From a virus, in the IMG/VR virus record IMGVR_UViG_3300003316_000080, positions 1 through 64,000 of that record: a stretch of DNA of 64,000 bases. One strand, given 5' to 3'. A model generated the notes under the pieces. It made no database searches, was not told where the DNA came from, and saw only the letters and a list, made by a program, of their open reading frames with translations. Shown piece after piece: positions 1 to 9,403 of the stretch. The position numbers were made by a program, and so were the translations under genes. Positions within the stretch are counted from its first letter, which is position 1. The number at the start of each line of letters is the position of its first letter.

Positions 1-127
1 AGCCGGAGCCGTCGCCGTCGCCGTAGCCGGAGCCGTAGCCGGAGCCGTAGCCGTCGCCGTCGCCGTCGCCGTAGCCGGAGCCGGAGCCGGAGCCGTAGCC
101 GGAGCGGAAGACCTTACTTGCAGGCAT
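1..127 (-). CDS. Gly/Tyr/Ser/Asp-rich low-complexity repeat protein, N-terminal part only (continues past left edge)
   Basis: minus-strand ATG at 125-127 with AAGGAG 7 nt upstream; reads MPASKVFRSGYGSGSGSGYGDGDGDGYGSGYGSG...; no stop before coordinate 1. Confidence 0.5.
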   Translation of the reverse strand, partial: MPASKVFRSGYGSGSGSGYGDGDGDGYGSGYGSGYGDGDGSG

Positions 128-413
128 CGATTTGCTCCTTCACGCCTTCGGCGGTCGGGATCAGCTCGCAGACGCCGGTCAAGTACAGCTCAGGATTCAT
201 GACATCGACCTTGCTGGCCTTGGCGTTGATGCCGTGCTGTGCCAGGCCAGACAGCGCGACACCATCCGCAGCGCGCCACGACCACAGACGGCGCGAGTTC
301 TTCAGTACGACGTTTTCGCCGTCGACAGCGACCACCTCGCCGGCGTGGACGCCTGCGGAGTAGCAACGCGCGATGACATAGCGGCCGATGAGAGATTGGG
401 CAATTTGGCTCAT
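114..413 (-). CDS. hypothetical protein (99 aa)
   Basis: ORF track 114..461; internal ATG at 411-413 with AAAGGA SD; protein-like sequence MSQIAQSLIGRYVIARCYSAG... Confidence 0.5.
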   Translation of the reverse strand: MSQIAQSLIGRYVIARCYSAGVHAGEVVAVDGENVVLKNSRRLWSWRAADGVALSGLAQHGINAKASKVDVMNPELYLTGVCELIPTAEGVKEQIDACK

Positions 414-484
414 GTTTTCCTTTCGTTGCGTGTCGTCGTTTGACTCCACTCGCAAGCCCACGAGGGTGGGCTTAGCGGCTGGGG

Positions 485-880
485 TCAGGCGGCCCGCGCT
501 GCCTTGAACTCAGCCCACTGGCGCGCCCCCAAGAGGCGCGCAAACTGGGCTTCCGGGATTTGCGTCGCCTTGGCCATGGCGCGCTGCGCCATCGCGACGA
601 CGGCCATGGTGGATGCCTCTTCCTTGCCGAAGCGCTCCTGGTAGTCGCCGACGATCTCCTGAAGAGCAAACAGCAGGTTCGGGGCGGCGGACATGGCGAG
701 GCCGATGGCCACGTTGTCGTGATCGGGGCCGCAGAAAGGGAGGGATGCGATGCAGCCAATGCCGTCCTCGACAATGACGGAGGGAAGCATGTGGACGAGG
801 CCGGTTGCCTCGTCACGGTGTTCCATGGCCGGCACGAAAGACCATTCGCGGCGCTCGCGGATTGGGGTGAAGCTGCTCAT
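485..880 (-). CDS. hypothetical protein (131 aa)
   Basis: ORF track 485..1120; ATG at 878-880 (MSSFTPIRE...) with GGAG upstream; lies just downstream of leftward promoter. Confidence 0.5.
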   Translation of the reverse strand: MSSFTPIRERREWSFVPAMEHRDEATGLVHMLPSVIVEDGIGCIASLPFCGPDHDNVAIGLAMSAAPNLLFALQEIVGDYQERFGKEEASTMAVVAMAQRAMAKATQIPEAQFARLLGARQWAEFKAARAA

Positions 881-905
881 GTCGTCTGCTCCGTCTGAAG
901 TTGAT

Positions 906-941
906 GGAGAGATTGTATATAAACTTCTTACTGGTCCGCAA
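906..941 (-). promoter_or_regulatory. sigma70-like leftward promoter (TTGCGG-N18-TACAAT) with embedded CCAGTAAGAAGTTT motif
   Basis: -10 TACAAT = revcomp of 912-917, -35 = revcomp of 936-941; same TATATACAATCTC element recurs at 28783 and 62654. Confidence 0.35.
921..934. repeat. CAGTAAA-palindrome motif copy (CCAGTAAGAAGTTT, minus orientation)
   Basis: inside leftward promoter spacer. Confidence 0.5.
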
Positions 942-1132
942 GCACTTTTCGCGGTGTCTTCAGCACGTGGCGCGGTGTGTTGCGTAGCTGATGGCGGGGA
1001 CGCGTCTGTGCGCCACCGAACACAAGAGGCTCTGTACCCGTCTTGCTGGGTGTGTTCACAGCCAGCCCCTTCCCAGGAACCACGCTGTACTTGAACGGCC
1101 ACGGTGTGGCACGTAGCCACACGCCGTTCTTC

Positions 1133-1840
1133 TTAGCCACGACGCCCGCCCAGTTGACGCGCCACCATGACAGCAAGGCCAGAGCGCAGATAGCCGGGGA
1201 ATGCAGCATCGAACAGTGATGCCACATTAGCCTGACACGTCGACAACAGCTTTGCTCCCAGTGGCACTTCCATGCGACGGCTGATGCGCCGCGCATGTGC
1301 AACCACCAGTTCAGCCAACAGGTGATATACGGACACTCGTGTTGTGACTGGTTGCTCCAGCAACTTGCTTTGCTTCATGAAGTCGAGCACTGGAGTGAAG
1401 ACCGCACCAGAGGCCGCAGTACGCTTCATCGTGTGCACCGAGCCACCCGCCCCCACCGAGCCTCCGAGAGTGTCGTGTAGGGCCTTGTGTAGCGCCACAG
1501 CCCACATGTCCGAATCACGAGCCGGTGCAGCTTCGTTGACTTCGAGACTTAGCTGAGCAAGCAGCTGCTTTTTCTGGTCGAGGCTCAGACGATTTATGTT
1601 GGTCGAGTCTTCATCATCTTCAACAACCAAAACATGTCGAGCAGTTTTGTGTTGTGTTGATTTATGTAGACCCTGTCCGGGGTAATCACCACACCCACCC
1701 CCCTCCCCTAAAGGGAGGGGTGGGGTGGTGTGTGTTGTTCCCTGGCGCTTTTTTTGAGAAGTGCCAGACGACACTGAAGCACTCGCCACTGGTGGATAGT
1801 GGCGAACTGGCCTTGTCAGAGAAACCTTGCTACGCGCCAT
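1133..1840 (-). CDS. hypothetical protein; start uncertain
   Basis: ORF track; ATG at 1838-1840 with GAGG upstream, but ORF contains GC-rich palindrome 1687-1734; C-terminal two thirds protein-like. Confidence 0.35.
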   Translation of the reverse strand: MARSKVSLTRPVRHYPPVASASVSSGTSQKKRQGTTHTTPPLPLGEGGGCGDYPGQGLHKSTQHKTARHVLVVEDDEDSTNINRLSLDQKKQLLAQLSLEVNEAAPARDSDMWAVALHKALHDTLGGSVGAGGSVHTMKRTAASGAVFTPVLDFMKQSKLLEQPVTTRVSVYHLLAELVVAHARRISRRMEVPLGAKLLSTCQANVASLFDAAFPGYLRSGLAVMVARQLGGRRG

Positions 1841-1867
1841 AAGTGCCTCAGTATCGATTTGTGGGCG

Positions 1868-2371
1868 TCAGGTGGCCCGGGAGTGCACCTTGCCTTGTTT
1901 CGCGGGCTTGTGCGGCTTCTGTGCGGTTTTGCTCTTGCTGGCGGCAGAGACAGCCTTGCCGCGCGCAGCTTTCGCGTACAGACCTTCTTGCTTGTCTTGC
2001 TGCGGCGCAGACTGTTCACGCTTGGTCGGCGTCTTGATGGGCGGCTTGGGGTCACTGGACTCGCTGCCGTCGTCAGTTGCGCGCACAGCGCCCTTCTTGT
2101 TCTTCACCGGCTTCGTCTTCGCGACGGGCCCGGGTTGCTTGTTGGGCTCAGACGCGGCGGGCGGATTGAACTTCACGCCGTGATCCTTGGCCCACTTGGC
2201 AACTTCGCTCAGCTGGTACACCAGCTTGCCGTCGTCGCCGGTCGTGTAGGGCAGCGGCGCCTTGGTCGGCGTCCCGTTGCGCCAGTTATAGACGGTCATG
2301 TTTGCGACGCCGAACGCCTTCAGGATGTCCTTGTGCGTCAGCGTCTTCACGCCGTTCTTTTGCTTTGCCAT
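1868..2371 (-). CDS. HTH DNA-binding protein with Lys/Pro-rich basic tail
   Basis: ATG at 2369-2371 with AAGGAG 8 nt upstream; N-terminus MAKQKNGVKTLTHKDILKAFGVANMTVYNWRNG looks like a helix-turn-helix; tail KPVKNKKG...KPHKPAKQGK. Confidence 0.55.
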   Translation of the reverse strand: MAKQKNGVKTLTHKDILKAFGVANMTVYNWRNGTPTKAPLPYTTGDDGKLVYQLSEVAKWAKDHGVKFNPPAASEPNKQPGPVAKTKPVKNKKGAVRATDDGSESSDPKPPIKTPTKREQSAPQQDKQEGLYAKAARGKAVSAASKSKTAQKPHKPAKQGKVHSRAT

Positions 2372-2481
2372 GGGGTGCTCCTTCTTCATAGATGAAATGG
2401 CACGAGGATTATATATGAACTCGTTTGCGCTCTGTATATAGGCGCACGGCTACACTGCCGCCTTCCCACAGGAGAACTCAC
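2372..2481. promoter_or_regulatory. divergent intergenic region with AT-rich boxes (ATTATATATGAA, TGTATATAGG)
   Basis: 110-bp gap between leftward gene ending 2371 and rightward gene starting 2482; TATAAT readable on minus strand. Confidence 0.3.
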
Positions 2482-3132
2482 ATGAAGAACGCCAGATACG
2501 AGTTGGCCGGCCTGACGCTGCCTGTTCTGGGCATCGGCCGAGGCCAAGTGCTGCACGTAGGACCCAATGCCGGGTTCATGTGCATCAACCTTTTACTGGG
2601 ATCCTTGCCGAAAGCAGACGGGACCTTGAAGGAGATCACGACGGAAGCAGACCAGGTGTTGCACGAACTGATCGCCGCCTTCAACAAGTACCAGCACATC
2701 AACATCCTGCGTGTCCACTCGTCCGGCGATGCGATCGATCCGCTGCAGTGTGGCACCTTGTACGACCTGCATAAAGCGCTGCTCGCGTGGAGCCGTGAGC
2801 AGGGGCGTTCCTTCCAGATGCAGATCGAGACGAATGGGAAGCACGAGCACCCGAAGTTCCACGGCGCTGTGTCGATGATCCACGCACGGGCTGAGTCCCT
2901 GCTGTTCCTTGTCTTCGTGCACGGAAAGCCAGTGACTCAGATGCAGAACCTGTGCAAGCACTGGGTCTACACGTGTCAGGAACTGCTGGGCGAGCACTGG
3001 TCACATCTGTCACTGCCCTGGAAGACTTCGGCCTATGTCACGTACACACTCGATGACATCGTGTCGGACAAGGCCGCTCTCTTCACTGCCGCGAACAGGG
3101 AGGGCGTTCGTCTCCAGAAGGTGGTGGGCTGA
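2482..3132 (+). CDS. hypothetical protein
   Basis: ATG 2482 with AGGAG upstream; ORF track frame. Confidence 0.5.
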   Translation: MKNARYELAGLTLPVLGIGRGQVLHVGPNAGFMCINLLLGSLPKADGTLKEITTEADQVLHELIAAFNKYQHINILRVHSSGDAIDPLQCGTLYDLHKALLAWSREQGRSFQMQIETNGKHEHPKFHGAVSMIHARAESLLFLVFVHGKPVTQMQNLCKHWVYTCQELLGEHWSHLSLPWKTSAYVTYTLDDIVSDKAALFTAANREGVRLQKVVG

Positions 3133-3134
3133 TC

Positions 3135-3419
3135 ATGACGCTTTCGCTAACAGCAATGTCAGGGTGTGTGCCGCCTTGGGACATCTCCATCGTGGCGGCA
3201 CACCAGATCAGTGTGATTCGCGGCATGACCAAGCCCGGCGTGTGGACTGGTGCACAAATCATCCGTCCCCACCTGTACAGACAGGTGGACACGTGGTTTT
3301 GCCAGGACGGCGTACAACTGGGCATCGGGCGCTCACCACAAGAAGCGTGGGAGGACCTGGATTACCACCGGTTGTTTTCTGGTCGCGATTCTCTCCACCT
3401 TTACTTCTATCAACGCTGA
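3135..3419 (+). CDS. hypothetical protein (94 aa)
   Basis: ORF track; start and stop overlap neighbours (translational coupling). Confidence 0.4.
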   Translation: MTLSLTAMSGCVPPWDISIVAAHQISVIRGMTKPGVWTGAQIIRPHLYRQVDTWFCQDGVQLGIGRSPQEAWEDLDYHRLFSGRDSLHLYFYQR

Positions 3420-4276
3420 TGCAAGGCACTATTCACCTTCCCCGCCCGCGCGTCCTGCTGCTCGCGGACATGAGCTATGCCCTGCACCGCGCTGCAGCAA
3501 TCCACAAAGACCTTCAGTACGAGGGCACGTACACAGGTGGCCTGTTCGGACTCATGGGCACACTCGCTAAGCAGATACGCGAGATCAACGCGACGCACGT
3601 GGTCATGTGCACGGATCAGCCGCCGTATGAGCGCTCGCGCGAGTACCCGCAGTACAAGATGGTTCGCAAGAAGGCGGCCGATCCTGAACTGAAGGAACGC
3701 GTGAGGCTGTCTAAGCCATTGGCTGAGGAGTTCTGCCGGACGGTGGGGATTCCCATCGTGGGTGTGCAGGGCTTTGAAGCTGACGACTGCTCGGGGATGA
3801 TCGTCAAGATGCACCGGGCCCGCTTCGACGAAATTTACCTGGGTGCCAAGGACTCTGATCTGTACCAACTGCTTGTGCACTCGAATGTTCGAGTGATGAA
3901 GGGTTCTGAGCGTGAAGACATCGTCACGCGTGAAAGCCTCGCTGTGGGCAAGTTGGGCATGACGCCTGATGAATACGTGTTGTCGCAATGCCTTCAGGGC
4001 ACGCACAACGACGTGGAAGGCATTGATGGTGTTGGACCGGTGTCGGCCTACAAGGCTGTGAAACAGCCGGGCTACATGGCAGCACTACGCGCCAAGCATG
4101 CTGACCTGATCGACAGGAACTTGGCTCTGTCAAAGCTGCCACACACCAAGATGCCGTATCTGCCACTCCCTGAGCGCGGCCACTTCGATGCACGGGCTCT
4201 GTATAGATTCGCGGGAGCGCTGGGCATCGAGGTCACGATCTCCGTGCTGGACGCGCTCAAGCAGATCTCGAAATAA
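3419..4276 (+). CDS. 5'-3' exonuclease / flap endonuclease (FEN, PIN-like + H3TH)
   Basis: ATG 3419 overlapping upstream stop; motifs GFEADD, IDGVGPVSAYKAV typical of T5/T4 RNase H-type 5' nucleases. Confidence 0.8.
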   Translation: MQGTIHLPRPRVLLLADMSYALHRAAAIHKDLQYEGTYTGGLFGLMGTLAKQIREINATHVVMCTDQPPYERSREYPQYKMVRKKAADPELKERVRLSKPLAEEFCRTVGIPIVGVQGFEADDCSGMIVKMHRARFDEIYLGAKDSDLYQLLVHSNVRVMKGSEREDIVTRESLAVGKLGMTPDEYVLSQCLQGTHNDVEGIDGVGPVSAYKAVKQPGYMAALRAKHADLIDRNLALSKLPHTKMPYLPLPERGHFDARALYRFAGALGIEVTISVLDALKQISK

Positions 4277-4285
4277 GGACACGTT

Positions 4286-5737
4286 GTGGAGATTCAAACC
4301 ACGCTAGACGCAAGTCTGGCTGAGAACCTGTTGACGCTTCTGTGCTTTGACGACGAGCACTGCAAGCTGATCCGGTATGGGCTGACGCCGCAGATGTTTG
4401 AATCGGCGGTGCTCAAGCAGATTGCCGGCGTCGCAATCGACTTCATCGATCAGTTTGGTGTCGCGGTCAAGGAGCACTTGCCCGACCACCTAGAAGACAT
4501 CCTGAACGGTGAAGACCAGCGCAAGGCGAAGTCGTATCGGATGGTGCTGGAAAAGCTGTATGACTCGAAGGACGCGGTGAATGCCGAGTTCGTCATGTCG
4601 CAGTTGCATGCATTCGTTCGCGCAGCCACGCTGAAGAGCGGACTGATGGACGCCGTTGCTCACATGGAGTCGGGCCGGATCGCGGAGTGCGAAACAGCCA
4701 TGACGACAGCCTTGAGCCGTCAGGTGATTTCGTTCGAAGTGGGCACGCGACTGGACAATGCAGACAGCTTGTCGGAAGCGCTGACCAATCTGGAAGAACC
4801 GGGCTTCAACCTCGACATTGACGCTTTCGATCGCGTTGGTGCGATTCCACGCCGCAAGCAGCTGTCTGTGTTCTTGGCAGCACGTGGCCGTGGTAAGTCA
4901 TGGTGGTCGATCTACATGGGCAAGCAGGCGCTGCTGCAGCGCTGGTCCGTGCTGATTGTCACGTTGGAGTTGTCTGAGGCGTACTACACGAAGCGCTTTC
5001 TGCAGTCGTTCTTCTCAATCTCGGACCGACAAGCCAAGGTGCTGGTGTCGGAGTTCAAGCGCGGACGTGATGGCTCGATCGTGGACGTCGTTCAGTCGGA
5101 ACTGCACCGACGCACACTGCGTGACGATGACTCCTTGGAGTACATCGCAGCGCGAGCACGGCGCGAGTTCAAGCAACGCCCCCCGCTGATCATCAAGAAC
5201 TTTCCTACAGCGACACTGACAGCTGAGACGCTGGAAGCGTATCTGGACGGTCTGCAGCGCCATCAGAACTTCACACCGGACCTGATCCTTGTCGACTATC
5301 CAGGCTTGATGAAGCTCGATCCCAAGAACAAGCGCATTGAGCTGGGATCGGCGGTGGAGCGTCTACGCGGCATTGCCGTAGCCCGCAACGCCCACATGGG
5401 GATCATGGCTCAGGGCAATCGTGAGTCGGAGACGGCACACACGGTCACGGCGGACATGACCGCCGAGGACATCTCGCTGTTGGCTACGGCTGACTTGTTC
5501 TTCACCTACAGCCAGACCAAGCTGGAGGAAAAGCTTAACCTCGCCCGCATCTTGTGTGAGAAGAACCGTAATGGTGTGGACGGCTTCGGGGCTCTGATCA
5601 CACAAAGCTATGAGATCGGCCAGTTCTGCCTGGACTCCAGTCCGCTAGAAACTTCTTACTGGGAACTGGACGTGCACGAGCAGGAAGACGAGGACCGGCC
5701 GCGCCGCAAGAAGCGTCGCAACGAGGACGAAGAATGA
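4286..5737 (+). CDS. dnaB: DnaB-like replicative DNA helicase
   Basis: GTG start; Walker A AARGRGKSW, Walker B LILVDYPG, C-terminal EKNRNG as in DnaB family. Confidence 0.75.
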   Translation: MEIQTTLDASLAENLLTLLCFDDEHCKLIRYGLTPQMFESAVLKQIAGVAIDFIDQFGVAVKEHLPDHLEDILNGEDQRKAKSYRMVLEKLYDSKDAVNAEFVMSQLHAFVRAATLKSGLMDAVAHMESGRIAECETAMTTALSRQVISFEVGTRLDNADSLSEALTNLEEPGFNLDIDAFDRVGAIPRRKQLSVFLAARGRGKSWWSIYMGKQALLQRWSVLIVTLELSEAYYTKRFLQSFFSISDRQAKVLVSEFKRGRDGSIVDVVQSELHRRTLRDDDSLEYIAARARREFKQRPPLIIKNFPTATLTAETLEAYLDGLQRHQNFTPDLILVDYPGLMKLDPKNKRIELGSAVERLRGIAVARNAHMGIMAQGNRESETAHTVTADMTAEDISLLATADLFFTYSQTKLEEKLNLARILCEKNRNGVDGFGALITQSYEIGQFCLDSSPLETSYWELDVHEQEDEDRPRRKKRRNEDEE

Positions 5738-7314
5738 TTCTGGTGTCGCGCCATGCCATCACACGCTACCTTGACCGAGAGCTAGAAACACACAAGTGGG
5801 TCAAGAAGCTGACAGAGCGTCAGCTGTGGCAGGAACTGAAGCAGCTGCGCACTGTCCCTCAGTTCAAGACTGACCCATGGCTGCACCAACTGGCGTGCTT
5901 CTATCTGGGCCTGCACTACCTGCGCTTCCTGTTCATCCTAGACATGGGGCTGGGCAAGTCGAAGTTGGTGATTGACCTGATCGAGCACCGTTTTCGGCAG
6001 AAGCGTCTCAGCATGCGCCGCGACGGACGCACAGCGCTGGTGATCGTTCCAGGCGTGCTGAATACGGTTGGATGGGGTGAGGACATCGAGCGCCATTCAC
6101 TCATGGAACCGCACCTGATCACGTGCGAGAACATTGAGCAGAAGCGCTATGAACTGCTGCACCCACAAGGTGAAGTGACCGTGATCGACATGCCGTCGCT
6201 TGCCCTAGCACTGTCCACCAAGAAGAAAGGCAAGGGTCGTGGCAAGTTGCTGGCAGACAAGCAGGCGATTGCACGCGCTCAGCAGTTGTACGGTTTCATT
6301 GGCGTTGATGAGACGCACAAGTACAAGAACCACGAAACCCTGTGGTACGACGTGCTCGATCCTCTGTGTGCAGCAGCCGACGAGGTGAAGGGGCTGACTG
6401 GAACCATCTTCAGTGCAAGTCCGATCGAGATGTGGCCGCAGTTTAATCTCGTCGACCGAGGTGAGACGTTCGAGAACCGTGGACTCTTCCAGGCGGCCTT
6501 CTTCGACTCGAAGTCAGATCATGTGAAGGGGACTGTGTACACCTTCAGGCCTGAGAGGACACGTACTCTCAACAGGATGATGCAGCACCGCTCGATTCAG
6601 TATGACGAATCGGAGGTGCACGAACTTCCAGAGCGCGTCTATCGTCCGATCAGGATGGAACTGGCAGGCGAAGCGGACGAGCATTACCGTCGCGCTCTGG
6701 AAGGTGTCATTAATGTTGGCGCCGCCGAGAGTAGCAAGCTAGATGGAGGCTGGGTGCGCATGCGCCAGATCTGCGGTGGCTACCTGAAGTGGTCTGATGC
6801 ACACGGAGCGCACAAGCTCATCTTTGCACAGAACCCGAAGTTGGACATGCTGATGCGCCTGCTGGAGGACATCGGAAGTAAGAAGGCTGTTGTGTGCCAT
6901 GACTACACCGACAGCGCGGAACTGATCGAAGCGCGGTTTAAGAAGGAGGGCATCAAGTACGCCACGTGCTCAGGGCGGACGAAGGACAAACCGGCAGAAC
7001 GCGCTCGCTTTCTCGATGATCCAACCTGCCGCGTCTTCTTGATGCAGAACGCGGCTGGGGGAACAGGCACTGACGGCCTGCAGAAGGTGTCCAACTACAT
7101 GATCTTCTTTGAGTCGCCAGCCTCCCCGGGTCTGCGCAAGCAAGTAGAAAAGCGCATACATCGTCCAGGTCAGACACAGAGGGCGTTCTACTACGATTTG
7201 ACATATGGGCGCACCGTCGATAGCGGCATCCGTGAAGCACACAAGCAGGGTTTTGACCTATACGAAGCCGTGATGTCTGGACGCTCTTCGACCTTGAGAG
7301 GGCTCATGAGTTGA
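5734..7314 (+). CDS. SNF2/SF2-family DNA helicase
   Basis: motif I LDMGLGKS, motif II VDETHK, motif VI HRPGQTQ. Confidence 0.75.
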   Translation: MILVSRHAITRYLDRELETHKWVKKLTERQLWQELKQLRTVPQFKTDPWLHQLACFYLGLHYLRFLFILDMGLGKSKLVIDLIEHRFRQKRLSMRRDGRTALVIVPGVLNTVGWGEDIERHSLMEPHLITCENIEQKRYELLHPQGEVTVIDMPSLALALSTKKKGKGRGKLLADKQAIARAQQLYGFIGVDETHKYKNHETLWYDVLDPLCAAADEVKGLTGTIFSASPIEMWPQFNLVDRGETFENRGLFQAAFFDSKSDHVKGTVYTFRPERTRTLNRMMQHRSIQYDESEVHELPERVYRPIRMELAGEADEHYRRALEGVINVGAAESSKLDGGWVRMRQICGGYLKWSDAHGAHKLIFAQNPKLDMLMRLLEDIGSKKAVVCHDYTDSAELIEARFKKEGIKYATCSGRTKDKPAERARFLDDPTCRVFLMQNAAGGTGTDGLQKVSNYMIFFESPASPGLRKQVEKRIHRPGQTQRAFYYDLTYGRTVDSGIREAHKQGFDLYEAVMSGRSSTLRGLMS

Positions 7315-7322
7315 TATACAAT
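7294..7322 (+). promoter_or_regulatory. sigma70-like promoter TTGAGA-N17-TACAAT
   Basis: -35 7294-7299, -10 7317-7322 within TATACAATCT element shared with leftward promoters; 32 nt upstream of primase start. Confidence 0.4.
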
Positions 7323-7353
7323 CTGCTGCAAGATAAACAAGAAGGCGGCAAAC

Positions 7354-8424
7354 ATGACTGGGCGGGTCTTTCGTTGGCGTGAACTATTTGACGAACATCA
7401 CGTTCGTTACATAGAGCGCGGCGCCAACGTGAAGCGCGGGGAGATCAACATCAAGTGTCCGTTCTGTGGCGCAGCTGATCCCAGCTACCACATGGGCGTC
7501 AACCTTGAATCAGGCTTTTGGGCCTGTTGGCGTAATGAGAACCACCGGGGCAAGTCGCCGCTGCGTCTCATCGTCACGCTGCTCAAGGTGTCGTACTACA
7601 GGGCCCGCGAGATCGCTGGCTTTGGTGACGACTACATCGATCCCGAGGGCTTCTCTGCTATGGCTGCACGCGTGCTGGGCCGCGACGGCCTGCTCGCTGG
7701 TGGCCGCACGGTTGACGAGGACCGGCAGCACCTGAAGTTCCCGCGTGACTTCGACACGCCACGCCGTCAGCGTGGATCGCGCGTGTGGAATTACCTCGCA
7801 CGTGAACGCGGTTTCGGTGTCTTCACAGATGAGTTGATCGACTACTACAGCATCAAGTGGACTCAAGGCGCTGAAGTCAACGAGAAAGATCCCGACGCGT
7901 GGAAGAAGAAATACGCCTGGACGGATCGCGCCATCATTCCGTATTACCTCGACCACAAGCTGATGACCTGGACAGGCCGCACGGTAAACGGTCATGCGAT
8001 CCGCTACAAGGATCTCTCAGTGGACGAGTCCATCAAGCCCCCCAAACAGACGCTGTTCAACTTTGATCGCACGATCAAGGGCGGTCGGGTGCTGCTGGCT
8101 GTCGAAGGTCCCATTGATGCACTGAAGGTCGATTTCTTCGGTGCAGAGGTCAAAGTGCGCGCTGTGGCGATGAGCACCAACAGCATGACGGATGAGCAGG
8201 TATATATGCTGGCCGACGCTGCCGAACGCTTTGACCGCCTGTTGTTCATGCTCGACAACAAAACGCAATTCGGCATCGTCGATTCGATGAAGATCAAAGC
8301 CAAGCTGAGCCACATCCCGAACGCGGGTGTGATCAGTGTTCCCTACGGCTTGGGGGATGCTGGGGCGCTCAGTCCCAAACAAGCAACGGAATGGACGGAC
8401 AAACTTTCTTCGGGGGAGCTATGA
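7354..8424 (+). CDS. dnaG: DNA primase (zinc-ribbon + TOPRIM)
   Basis: CPFCG...H zinc finger near N-terminus; TOPRIM-like LLAVEGPIDALK. Confidence 0.75.
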   Translation: MTGRVFRWRELFDEHHVRYIERGANVKRGEINIKCPFCGAADPSYHMGVNLESGFWACWRNENHRGKSPLRLIVTLLKVSYYRAREIAGFGDDYIDPEGFSAMAARVLGRDGLLAGGRTVDEDRQHLKFPRDFDTPRRQRGSRVWNYLARERGFGVFTDELIDYYSIKWTQGAEVNEKDPDAWKKKYAWTDRAIIPYYLDHKLMTWTGRTVNGHAIRYKDLSVDESIKPPKQTLFNFDRTIKGGRVLLAVEGPIDALKVDFFGAEVKVRAVAMSTNSMTDEQVYMLADAAERFDRLLFMLDNKTQFGIVDSMKIKAKLSHIPNAGVISVPYGLGDAGALSPKQATEWTDKLSSGEL

Positions 8425-8741
8425 GGTTCAATCACGAGATGAACACGCATTTCCGCGACTGCACGTTGATCGCGGAAGCCTACGACAGTCACCGCGATCG
8501 CCACGTGACGCTGCACATCCTGCCGGGCACTGAAGATTGCGTGGGTGTCACGGACGGCACAGACGCGTGGCTGTGCCCGATCAGCGTGGATGCGTTCGGC
8601 ATCAACATCGCCAAGGCGCGCTCAGACGTGCGCGACGGCAAAGACCCCATCCGACGACAGAAACCGGCCGCGCGCCGCAAGCTGTTGCTGGAGGATCAAC
8701 CCACCAGCAAGACCCGTCGTGCTTTGCTGGTGGAGGTGTGA
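8421..8741 (+). CDS. hypothetical protein
   Basis: ATGA overlap with primase stop; ORF track frame. Confidence 0.4.
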   Translation: MRFNHEMNTHFRDCTLIAEAYDSHRDRHVTLHILPGTEDCVGVTDGTDAWLCPISVDAFGINIAKARSDVRDGKDPIRRQKPAARRKLLLEDQPTSKTRRALLVEV

Positions 8742-8742
8742 A

Positions 8743-9330
8743 ATGCGCAAGCAACTCGTTGCACACAAGGTGGCTCCGTTGCCGTTCGAGGGCAAGATAG
8801 CCGGCTACGTCGTGAACAACCTGGAGATGTGGAAGTACGAACCGCTCTTCACGTACAACGACATGATCCAAGAAGCCACGCTGGTGTGGCTGAAGTGCGG
8901 ACAGGAATACCCGCACGTCGTCAGTAAACACTTTATGGCCCTGTTCAAGACGGCGTGGTATCGGCGCTGTGTCGATCTCGCCTATGAAGCATCGGAGTGC
9001 CGCGCACAGATCGCGATCACTTTCGGCGATACATACGGTTCGGATGACGAAACCATTGCGCTGGCTAAAGAACCGATGGGCGATGAAGAGAACGCGGGCT
9101 ACATGCGCACCCTGATCCGTCAGATCACGGAGCAGGCACCGGAAGAAGTCGTCAGCGTGTTCACGCTGATGCTCAATGCGCCGGTTGAACTGCTTGAACT
9201 GGCGTCGAACGCACTGGGACGTCGCAACAAGAACAACTCCAACATGATGGTTGCTCGTTGTCTGGGCCTGCCCGATGACAGCAAGCCTGTAGACGCAGCA
9301 AAAAGTTATGTACGCAGCGCACTGAAATAA
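8743..9330 (+). CDS. hypothetical protein; weak resemblance to ECF-type sigma factor
   Basis: ATG 8743 with GGAGGTG SD; DMIQEATLVWLKC (region-2-like) and MMVARCLGL (region-4-like); similarity weak. Confidence 0.45.
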   Translation: MRKQLVAHKVAPLPFEGKIAGYVVNNLEMWKYEPLFTYNDMIQEATLVWLKCGQEYPHVVSKHFMALFKTAWYRRCVDLAYEASECRAQIAITFGDTYGSDDETIALAKEPMGDEENAGYMRTLIRQITEQAPEEVVSVFTLMLNAPVELLELASNALGRRNKNNSNMMVARCLGLPDDSKPVDAAKSYVRSALK

Positions 9331-9403
9331 GCAAAGCGCTACGTATACTTGTCCAGCTGCACAGAGCAGCAATTTCCAACCCCCTCCAAAACAAGGAGTT
9401 CCC

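Noticed and set aside
1-110. Tandem short repeats at the left edge, considered as CRISPR array or satellite
   Set aside because: Units are 9-15 bp, in frame, and encode GYGSG/GYGDG peptide repeats behind an ATG with SD; no spacer structure.
1687-1755. GC-rich hairpin (core stem 1700-1707 / 1713-1720) plus T7 run, considered as a terminator
   Set aside because: The T-run is ~28 nt from the stem and on the wrong side for the leftward genes; the element lies inside an ORF, so it is only noted as a palindrome.
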